From positions 99,758,001-99,822,000 of the forward strand of contig OX597822.1 of NCBI GenBank assembly GCA_951406725.2: a DNA stretch of 64,000 nt, written 5' to 3'. A program made the translations under genes and the position numbers. Below, in pieces: positions 52,807 through 63,357 of the stretch; the first letter of the stretch is position 1, and every line of letters starts with the position of its first letter. This stretch comes from Octopus vulgaris. Its lineage: Eukaryota. The notes beneath the pieces are model-generated. The model searched no databases. It saw only the letters and a list, made by a program, of their open reading frames with translations, and was not told the origin of the DNA.

Positions 52807-53799
52807 TATGTACACACATACATATGCATGCACACATACATAATTACTCACTCACAAACATATATATGCACACATACGCTTCTTTTAATATTTACCAAAT
52901 ATCCTTATCACTATTACAGGTGACGTGTTGGCTTGATCGCATCCTCGTTCACGTTCAATTTAACAATTATCAGAGGTGGTAGCCATTGTTGCAGATGACG
53001 GTTGAACAATGTTCAATGAAACTGAGCCAAAGAAATTCCTTATTGACATAAGGGGCATACATGGAAGATTCACACGGCTGCAAGTTGGCTAGCTCTAAGG
53101 CAAAACCTAATTTGAAGTGTCTGGTGAATCATGAGAATAAGTAATTAGATTTCTCATAAAGAAGCATGAAACCAAATGCGAAAGGGAGTGAAGGTGAAAC
53201 ACATACATATAAATGCAAATGCAAACATACGTACACACATAAATGCACACACACATGCACACATATACACACATTCAACAGAAATACACACAATTATACA
53301 TTCAGGTCATTATCACTAAGGCTTATATTTTTGTGTGTATCTATGTATGTATGAATGAATGAGTGAATGTATGAATGAATGTATGTATGTATGTATGAAG
53401 GTATATTCACATAATTATGCATGTGTGTGGGTTTATGGAGCGTGTTTCCCGACCATGTGGTCTCATGTTCTGTTACACTGTACAGTACCTTGGCAAAGTT
53501 TTTTTTTCTTAATACCTGCTTTTGACTGTTAAACCTGCTGACAATCTATCATGGGAACTTCCTCCTTTCCAGATGCCGAATGCTGCCCCCCACCCATCCA
53601 CCTGCTCACTCTCGCCACCCCACCCACATCCTTAGTGTAAGCATAGTTAATGCAGGCACACTGAAAAGGCAGATATGGTGAGATTACTGATATGCTATAA
53701 CAGAGGTATGTAGATGTGTGTTACATTCTAGACGGAAGGAGGAGGGGAGCCTTGGCAAATTCCCTCACAGGCCTAAAAAACATTGGTAAAAAAAATCAC

Positions 53800-54030
53800 A
53801 GGAAAGTTAATGAAAGCTTTGTGTGTGGTAGATGTGCAGAAGCAACAAACATAAGAACACACAGATTTCCTCCAATGCCCAGAGGGTTCCTCAGATTTAA
53901 TAGATAATTTCTGTTATCTACACGACCAAATTAGCAGTGGAGGAGGATGCTCTGAAAGCATAGTTGTTAGAATTACATCCAGTCGGGCAAAGATCAGAGA
54001 GCTATTACTTTTGTTCGTAACAGAGGGCCA
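53800..54030 (+). pseudogene. RTE-clade LINE ORF fragment
   Basis: SFVCGRCA followed by LIDNFCYLHDQISSGGGCSESIVVRITSSRAKIRELLLL (FCYLG..GGGC..R...W.KFRELL motif). Confidence 0.8.
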
Positions 54031-54319
54031 TCTGCCCAACATCCCCATCTTCCCTGAGCTTACCACTCACTGTATCACCCACTGACCCTGTGCACCTTCA
54101 TGAACCCACCTGCATACACTATGTTCCTGTTCAATCTTTAGCCCCACAGCACATCCTCCTCCCTCTCACTACATTCTCTCTCCACTCACTACATACCCCT
54201 CCACCTCCCACTATCTTTTCAGAATCTGGCGAATTTACTCACCCACTCACCACTTCATCTTTACCATCTTCTCTTCAGCCTCTCTTCTTTCCTTCTCCTA
54301 CTGCCTGCCGGCCTGATAA

Positions 54320-54355
<36 letters not shown>

Positions 54356-54358
<3 letters not shown>

Positions 54359-55485
54359 TCATATCATCATCATCATCATTATTTAATGTCCATTTCCATG
54401 CTGGCATGGGTCGGTCAGTTTGACTGGGGTTGGCAAGCTGGAAGGCTGCACCAAACTCCAGTCTGATTTGGCAGGGTTTCTACAGCTGGATGCCCTTCCT
54501 AGCACCAACTACTCTGAGTGTAATGGGTGCTTTTACATGCCACTGGTATCTGGAATGACTGCGATTTTGCTTGGCTTGATGGGTCTTCTTCTCAAGCATA
54601 ACATAATGTCAAAGGTCTCAATGATTACCTCCATGAGGCCCAACACTCAAAAGGAACTCAGCCACTTTGCCTCTGTGGGGCCCATTGTTTGAAAGGTGCT
54701 TTTATATGCCACTGGCATGGAGGTCTCAGTCATTGCCTCCGTGAGGCCCAATGGTCAAAAGGTGCTTTTTACGTGCCACTGGCACAGGTGCCTGTTATGT
54801 GACACCTGCATTAGCCATGACTGCAATTTCACTTGGCTTGACGAGTTTTCTCAAGCACAGCATTGTCTCAGTCACTAGCCATTCCTTCTGTGAGACCCAA
54901 AGTTTGAAGATCATGCTTCACCACCTCGTACCATGTCTTCCTGGATCTACCTCTACCACAGGTTCCCACCACATTCAGAGATTGGCACTTCTTTACACAG
55001 CCGTCCTTGTCCATATGCATCACATGACCATACCAGCACAGTCATCTCTCTTGCACACTACACCTGATGCCTCTTATGCTAAACCTTTCTCTCAAGATGC
55101 TTACACTTTGTCAAGCATGCACATCCAGCAAAGTATGCTGGCTTCATTTCTTTCAAACCTACACATGTTCTCAACTGTCACAGCCCATGTTTCACTGCTA
55201 TGAAGCATAGCTGTATGCACACAGGCATCATACAATCTGTCTTTCATTCTGAGAGAAAGGCCCTTTGTTGCTAGCAGAGGTAGGAGCTCTCTGAACTTTG
55301 CCCAGCATAATCTTATTCTCACAGCTATACTCTCAGAGCATCCACCTCTGCTATTAACTTGGTCACCTACATAACAGAAGCTATCTACTACTTCCAGCTT
55401 ACCCCACTGGCAGTTGATGGAGTCTATTTTCTGTACATTTTTGGTGTTTATTATACCTGTGCATCTTCCACATACAAAAGCTATT
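54356..55485 (-). mobile_element. 5'-truncated RTE-clade LINE (ORF C-terminus, 3'UTR and (GAT)n tail)
   Basis: RIRLCWAKFRELLPLL..LYDACVHTAMLHSSETWA..LCWYGHVMHMD..GRGRSRKTWYEVVKHDL, followed by the tail shared with the dispersed short copies. Confidence 0.88.
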
Positions 55486-56199
55486 TTCCATATATACTTT
55501 TATTCTTTAGTTGCTTCAGCCATTTGACTGCAGCCATGGCTAGGGCACTGCTTTGAAGGGTTTAATTAAACAAACGAATCACAGTACTTAATTAAGTCTA
55601 GCACTTATTCCATCAGTCAGTCCTTTTTGTTTTGTTTCTTTTTGCTGAACCGCTATGTTACAAATAAACCAACAATGATTGTCAAATAGTGACAGGTAAG
55701 CACAAATAAATACACAGACACACACACACACACACACACGAGCACGATGAGCTTTCACACAGTTTTACACCTACCAAATTCACTCATGAGGTTTTGGTCA
55801 GCCTAGGGCTATCGTAAAAGATACTTGGTCAAGATGTTGTGGTATGAAACCCTGTAGCCATAAAGTGTATGTGTTAACCATACAGCCCTATCCACAACTT
55901 TGTGTGTGGGTGTAAGACAGAAAGAGAGAGAGAGAGAGTGTGTGTGTATGTGTTCATGGACTATATAAATATTTATTTTATCAGGACAAGAGCTTCCAAT
56001 ATGATAAACAAACACTGATTAAAAATCAAAAGGTGAAGAAAATTATGATACATGATCAATACAATTGGTAAAAAGAAAAAAAAAGAAAAGAAAGGAAACA
56101 ATAAAGTGTTATAAATTCAAGAGAAAATATTATTTCTTTGATAACTCTCCATTAAAATCATGACGTTAATGTTATTTTGCAACATTTCTACAGCCAGAC

Positions 56200-56370
56200 A
56201 AGCGATCATGCGCCGTCATGACATGCAATTTCCGCATACACCTCCCCCACATGTTTACTGCTAGTTAGTCCATAAACAAAAAAGGTCACATGACCATGTC
56301 CATAAACAATTTGGAAGCCATAATAAAAACTAATCCAAGCATTAAAACCCAATGTTTATCTCATGTGAAT
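56200..56370. promoter_or_regulatory. Candidate cis-regulatory motif cluster
   Basis: Non-repetitive stretch with 4 forkhead-type sites, GGTCACATGACC E-box, 2 more CACATG/CATGTG boxes and TAATCC; motif evidence only. Confidence 0.3.
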
Positions 56371-57656
56371 ATGTTTTAGTGCCTTTGACTGTGTTTTTAT
56401 GTACGTGTGTCTGGTTGTGTGTTTTTATTTCTTTTCTGTATAGAGATAAGCATACACATTGGTGGAGGTGTGACAAATATATTTATACACACTCTAACAT
56501 GTAACTGCGTATAGCATAAGAATTCATTGAAGAGAATTTGTGAATGGGACATTGCGTCACTTCTTTCCCAGGGACACCTAAGTTACTAATTCAGGCAAGT
56601 GCTAACAACATCACTTAGCTTTCATCCAAGGATTGCAATGAAGTCTGATGTCCAACAGATGTAGGACATTTGATAGCTGTAATGATGGATATATTAATTT
56701 GCTTCTTCCAACAAATTTGGTTCTCCATGCAATTAGAGGTATCACACAGCAAAGATGAAAAGGAAACAACTTGCCCATCCTAAATATAATTACACAAGAC
56801 ATTCCTCTGATTTCTAAATCCAGTGAACAATCATTCGTTAATCCAAGGGGTTGCTGATAATTAATAATTAATAGAAAAGTATATATTCAATATAAAATGC
56901 AAGAATTGCAGTGAAGTCCAATATCCAATAGAATAGGCAGAGGCAGGTCATATACCTTTGATAGCTGTAATAATATGCTACCGTTAATCATCTAGGGACT
57001 TCTTGCAAATGAATAACTGAAAGGTGTACATAATATATAATATAATACATATGTTCTTTTTGACTTAGTTCACACATAAACTCATACAAAATACATAACA
57101 CCATATAATATAAACTACTTGATTTGAATTCCACATTGAGGGATGCAAGCACAGGTGCAGGCATGGCTGCATGGTTTTCTTCGAATCAGTTATTGTTATC
57201 TTAAGAGGTAATGGACCAGTAGTCCCTGATATGCAAAATGAAAGAATGATGGTCACAGGTGCTATGCCTTTGATCTGGATCTGTTTCACTGGGGATGCTA
57301 ACGTTGGGTTAAACGATAGAAACAATAACACACTTGATATGCCATGCTGAATAACAATGTCATTGCCCTCGTACACAAAGGCACATTCTACTGAGATGCA
57401 CAAGAGAAATTTGGAATGCAAAGTGATAGGTTTATGATCACACATAAATATATAAGAGAAATACAAGTTATGTCAAACGACATATCACAGGAATTCTTGA
57501 TTTATTAACATTACTTCCACCTTTTGGGAATGTGTCACAATTACCATATAGCAACTGAGACCATATCTATATGAAATGGGGAGATAATATCAAGAATCAA
57601 GAATTCTCTGAAGTTTACATGCTGTTAAGGAAAAAGACAGACTGTCTAGAGATAAG

Positions 57657-57716
57657 AGGACAGTTGTAGGTACATGTTTCCACCTGAATAGGTGTCATCA
57701 GCACCACACTTGTCCT
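57657..57716 (-). ncRNA. Type-I hammerhead motif with extended helix I (family 6)
   Basis: AGGACA-AG-TGTGGTG-CTGATGA-CACCT-ATTC-AGGTG-GAAA-CATG-TA-CCTACA-AC-TGTCCT; perfect core, 5-bp helix II, palindrome ACATGT. Confidence 0.7.
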
Positions 57717-58606
57717 ACCTTATGTCCAACAGCCAAGGAATAGAGACATATACAAAAAGCATAGAACACATTCATGGTAGGTAATTTGTATTAATTAAAC
57801 AAAAACTAAGCAAAACATCTCAGAGTGGCCAATGGAATTTAAATAAAGAATATAATCGAATACAGGTATATGAAATACCACACAAGAAAAAATCTTGATG
57901 CATTCAAATTCCTCCACCTCTAGAGGAAGTATCATTTTTATTAATGGCATGTCAGCTGTGGAGAATTCTTAACTCTTAGGATTATCTCTCCTTCTCATTT
58001 TGAAGCTTGTCTGAATTGCCATTTGTTAATTCACTAAAGGCTAAGATAATAAATCACAAATTTTTGTTTATGGCATTTGATATATGTATATCTGCCCATA
58101 TTGTTCATGTACATATTAATGGCCATTCTGAGTTAGTTCTCTCAGCATTTTTGTTTAATGTTCATACACACACACACACATGGAAGCTTTGTTAGTTACA
58201 ACTTTACTTTTTACTTGATGTTTTTTTCTTAACTTACAACATACCATGCTTAAAAAGAGTTAAGTAAAAAAAAAACCACAACAAAAACATTTTTTTAAAT
58301 TCCATTTTCCCCTCAAACTTTTCTCCAGAAATAATGGGCAATGGAAAAAGAAACAATTATGGAAGTTTAAAGAAACAAAACCAAGATACAAATAGTAAAT
58401 AAATAAAAAAATTCCATACACAAGGAAAACAACGAAACCAATTCAAGAATTATTTATAGTTCAAAGCAAAGGAAGTTTGTATAAAAATATGAAACTCACC
58501 ATCTACAGGAAAAAAGCCCCACAAATATGGAATAGAGGAATAGAAAATAATGATGACAATAACAATAAGGATAATGATGATACTGGTGACAATAATAATA
58601 ATAATG

Positions 58607-58656
<50 letters not shown>

Positions 58657-58679
58657 GATAATGATGATGATCATTATTA

Positions 58680-59152
58680 TTCTTTCTACTATAGGTACAA
58701 GGCCTGAAATTTTAGGAGAAGGGACTAGTCAATTACAGTGACCCCAGAACTTAACTGGTACTTATTTTAATGGCTCTGTAAGGACGAAAGGAAAACTTGA
58801 CCTTGGTGAAATTTGCACTCAGAATGTAAAGCTGGATGAAATGTCAATAAGAATTTTGGTCCAGCATAGTAACGATTCTGCCAGCTTGCCATCTTAACCC
58901 ATCATAATAATAATTATAATAATAATAATAATAATCCTTTCTACTGGAGACACAAGGCCTCAAATTTGGGGAGAGGGGACTACTCCAATTGCATCCACCC
59001 CAGTGTTTTCACTGGTATTTAATTTATTCACTCTAAAAGGATGAAAGGCAAATTCGACCTCACCAGAATTTGAACTCAAAATGTAGTGATGGATGAAATA
59101 CTACAAAGCATTTCATCCAGCATGCTAACAACTCCGCCAGCTTGCTGCCTTC

Positions 59153-59183
<31 letters not shown>

Positions 59184-59406
59184 TGATGATGATGGTTTCA
59201 AATTTTGCCACAAGGCCAGCATTTTGTGGGGAGGGATGAGCTGATTACATCAACTCCAGAGTTCAACCGGTACTTATTTTATCAACCCTGAAAGGATGAA
59301 AGGCAAAGTCGGCCTTAGCAGAATTTGAACCCAGAACGTAAAGACACACGAAATGGCGCTAAGCATTTCACCTGGCATGCTAAGGATTCTGCCAACTTGC
59401 TGTCTT
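58680..59406 (-). mobile_element. Three head-to-tail SINE-C copies separated by (AAT)n
   Basis: Copies at about 58680-58895, 58935-59151 and 59193-59406. Confidence 0.85.
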
Positions 59407-59478
59407 AACTTAGTAATAATAATAATAATGATAATCAAGACGAAGAGCACGATTCGATTGTAATAAATATTTTATTGG

Positions 59479-59521
59479 TTGAATGATATTTCAACAGTAA
59501 GTCTGTCTTTGTCAAGTTCAA
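59479..59521 (-). ncRNA. Minimal hammerhead with U3-A8 core (family 7)
   Basis: TTGAAC-TTGACAA-A-GACAG-ACTTA-CTGTT-GAAA-TA-TC-ATTCAA. Confidence 0.65.
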
Positions 59522-59703
59522 AATAAGAAGTGATAAAAATTCAATTTTATAAAAATTTAAATTTAAAGTATGAATGAGAGCAACTAGTGTCCATATGTTG
59601 ATAGAATGACATCATCAGCCTTTAAGTTTCAATTTTATAACAGGCGAAAAAAAAGACAAAAAAAAAAAGAGGAAAGAAAAATAGAAAAGGAAAAAAAGAA
59701 TAT

Positions 59704-60011
59704 TTAATCAAACAGTTTTGTATAAATTTGAGGATATTCTCCTGTCGTTTTATTCATTCCTCCAGGGTGTGATGTTAATAACCCACAAACATATTTCTCC
59801 TCATACATTCCGAGAAGTGAAAGTGAAGCAGACTCAAAATATTTTCTGAGAATATGCACTTTCAAGTCTTCTTCAAAATTGCAACCGCTTGAAGAAAATG
59901 TTCAGCAAGTTCTATCGAATTACTGCTATTGTGCCTGATGTCAAATCCGCGCCCATTAAATCTTTTGTTTGGTTGTTCAGTTGTACAACCAACATAAATC
60001 AAGATGTATTT
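59704..60011 (-). pseudogene. GIY-YIG endonuclease C-terminal remnant of a PLE (one frameshift)
   Basis: LIYVGCTTEQPNKRFNGRGFDIRHNSSNSIELAEHF, frameshift, then GCNFEEDLKVHIL..YEEKYVCGLLTSHPGGMNK..KLFD*. YVGxT, R, HF, E and PxGMN motifs are in the expected order. Confidence 0.85.
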
Positions 60012-60063
60012 CGTGCTTTAAATTTAAATTTCTATAAATATTGAATTTTTATAACCTCTTATT

Positions 60064-60106
60064 TTGAACACGACAAAGACAGACTTACTGTCGAAATATT
60101 GTTCAA
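60064..60106 (+). ncRNA. Minimal hammerhead (family 7), inverted copy with mutated core
   Basis: TTGAAC-ACGACAA-A-GACAG-ACTTA-CTGTC-GAAA-TA-TT-GTTCAA; 6-bp helix I and 5-bp helix II intact. Confidence 0.55.
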
Positions 60107-60207
60107 GCAATAAAATATGCATTATAATATCAAATTGCGCTCTTCGTCTTGACTGTTTGGTTTGTAAAGAGTTACGTCAATCCTCTTAAAATATAATAAT
60201 AATAATG

Positions 60208-60270
<63 letters not shown>

Positions 60271-60377
60271 CTGATTATGAAAATGATGCTGTTGCTGATA
60301 TTAGTAATTAATAACAATTAATAATGAAAATTATGATGATGATAATAACGATGTCATTAATGATACTAATTGATAAT

Positions 60378-60563
60378 GGTTTCAAGTTTTGGCACAAGGC
60401 CAGAAATTTGGAGGATGGAAATAAGTCGATTACATTGACCCCAGTGTTCAACTGGTACATAATTTATCAACCAGAAAAGGAACAAAAGGGTGTAATGGTA
60501 AGATGGCCTTGGCGAGATTTTGAACTCAGAATACAAAGAACTGGAACAAATATCACCCTTTAT

Positions 60564-60623
<60 letters not shown>

Positions 60624-60748
60624 TCCTTTCCTATTATTATTATTTTTTTTTTTTTCCTTCTTTCTTCAAATCTTTCTTTCGTTTTTCGCTCGGTGTATGG
60701 AAAACACTCAGCGAGAAATGGAAGAAAATTTGAAGAAAGAAGGGGATG

Positions 60749-60790
<42 letters not shown>

Positions 60791-61426
60791 GGAAAGGATG
60801 TAAGTTGATCACATCAACCCCATTGCTCAACCAATATCAGGGATTTGAACTCAGAACACAAAAAATTGGAACAAATACAATAGGCATTTTTCTCAACACT
60901 CTAATAATTCTCCCAATGCACTGCAATAATAATAATGACAACAAGAACAACAACAACAATAATAATAATAATAACGGTTTCAAATTTGAGCACAAGGACT
61001 GCAATATTAGAGGAGGGGTAGGTCAACTACATTGACCCAAGTACCTGACTGGTACTTTACTTTATTGACCTCAATAGGATGAAGGGCAAAGTTGACCATG
61101 GCAGTATTCGAACTCAGAATGTAAAGTGCTGGAAGAAATACCATTAAGCATTTGGTTCAATGTGATAACAATTCTGCTAGGTTACTGCCTTAACAATAAT
61201 GATAATAATAATTAGCAATAACAAAAGCAGCAAGCTGGCGGAACTGTTAGCATGCTTAGTGGCATTTCATCTGTCTTTACATTCTGAGTTCAAATTCCAT
61301 CAAAGTCGACTTTACTTTTCATCCTCTTTGTGGTCGATAAAATAAGTACCAGTTGAGCACTGGGACCAATGTAATCCACTTAACCCCTTCCCCAAATTTG
61401 CTGACCCTGCACCAAAATTTGAAACC
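60378..61426. mobile_element. Further SINE-C copies among (AAT)n tracts (three minus, one plus)
   Basis: About 60378-60560, 60790-60923 and 60976-61191 (-), 61230-61426 (+); another at about 62560-62720 (-). Confidence 0.75.
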
Positions 61427-61876
61427 TAGAATTAGCAACAAGGACAATGAAAATTACGATCATGATAACAAAAGTAATTAAGAACAATAATAATTTAAAA
61501 TGTTGGTAATAATAACAACAACAACAACATAACAGCAATAATAACAATGATGATAGATAATAATAGAGTAAATAACAACAATAACAATGATATTGCTTTG
61601 AAGAGACATATAACCAAAAAAGAAATGGAATTATAATGAGAAGGAAAACTGAAATGCTAATTTTTCAAAATAGCATAACAAATAAGCAACAATTTCTATG
61701 GGATTATACAGTCAATTAAATAGATTCCAATATTATATATTATTGGAAATTTATAACAGTAAATTTATTAAAAGTAATATTGACACCACTGGGATTTGAA
61801 CCCCAAAAATAATTGCTTATAACATAGATACAAGACCTTGAATTTGGTGAGTGGCAGGTGAGTCGGATCTTTTCGC

Positions 61877-62277
61877 TTTGACCGGCAGATTTCTAAAATA
61901 ATTTCTTTGTAACTAAACACTTTTAAACTTCGTATACTGGTAGTGTGTTACATAAAACATCTTTTTCTCTTGGCTTTCTTGAGAAAATTCTGTAGTTTGT
62001 AAGCTACACTGATTGGTTGAAATTGCCGAAATGCAAGAAATTAAACAACAAATACAAACTACAGAATTTTATTTATTTAATTTATTTATTTATTTATTTA
62101 ATAACTATAAAGAAATCTTAACAACATAAAACAATATTAAAAATATTTAGCTTACAAACTACAGAATTTTCTCAAGAAAGCCAAGAGAAAAAGATGTTTT
62201 GTGTAACACACTACCAGTATACAAAGTTTAAAAGTGTTTAGTTACAAAGAAATTATTTTAAAAATCTGCCAGTCAAA
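61877..62277. mobile_element. Foldback/MITE-like element with ~130-bp inverted arms
   Basis: 61877-62006 is a near-perfect reverse complement of 62148-62277. Confidence 0.85.
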
Positions 62278-63004
62278 TATATTGACACTTCCCAACCCCT
62301 AGCATTATGCCGGTACTTTATATTATATTATACACACACATTTACATATGTGTGTGTGTGTGCATCTTAAGATAGGATATTGAACTTTAACATTGGTATG
62401 AATACTCCAGTTCAGGAAAAGTGCAGAGTGCTCCAATCAAGATCAATGTTTTAACCTGGCCTACATGATATGAAACAGAAAGGATAGGAATAATAATAAT
62501 AATAATAACAACAATAATAATAACAATAATAATAACAACAATAATAGTAATAACAATAGTCCTTTCAACTTTAGGCTAAAGGCCTGATATTTTGGAGGAG
62601 GGAGTAAGTTGATTACATCAACCCCAGTGTTAAGGTGGTATTTATTCCACTGACCCTAAAAGAATGACCTTGGTGTAATTTGAACCCACAATGTAAAGAC
62701 AGACAAAATGCCACTAAGCAAGTTCTCCACCTTAGTGATATTTTCTAAAATAGGCATATTTAGGGGTGAAAAAATAGTCACTTGAAGCATCCTTAATACT
62801 GGCATATATTTTTTATTGATGCAGGCTATTTTATGGCTAGATTCTTTTTCTGTTGTCAACCATTTCCTGTTTCTAAGCAAGCTAAGATTACTAATGGCCA
62901 GAGATTTTTTTGCAGAATACTGGAAATGAATGAAACTGGCTTTATGACAATGACAGTCATTTTACTGTTGTAACAAGGAGAGACAGATATACACACACTC
63001 ACAA

Positions 63005-63007
<3 letters not shown>

Positions 63008-63088
<81 letters not shown>

Positions 63089-63103
63089 ATATATATATGT
63101 ATG

Positions 63104-63168
<65 letters not shown>

Positions 63169-63187
63169 ATATATATATATATGTATG

Positions 63188-63236
<49 letters not shown>

Positions 63237-63295
63237 ATATATATACATACATATATACATACATATATATATACATGTATATATATACATACATG

Positions 63296-63327
<32 letters not shown>

Positions 63328-63357
63328 CATATATATACATGTATATATATATACATA
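63008..63357. repeat. (TA)n/(TATG)n microsatellite
   Basis: Direct observation. Confidence 0.97.

Larger units (their letters stand above)
59436..60193 (-). mobile_element. 5'-truncated Penelope-like element with inverted pLTR, inside (AAT)n
   Basis: Inverted arms at 59436-59574 and 60010-60152, each with an HHR motif, flank a GIY-YIG endonuclease remnant. Confidence 0.88.

Noticed and set aside
52988-53030. CAGATGA..TTGAAC/GTTCAA..GAAA motif
   Set aside because: U4 is mutated, with no UH site and no convincing helix I.
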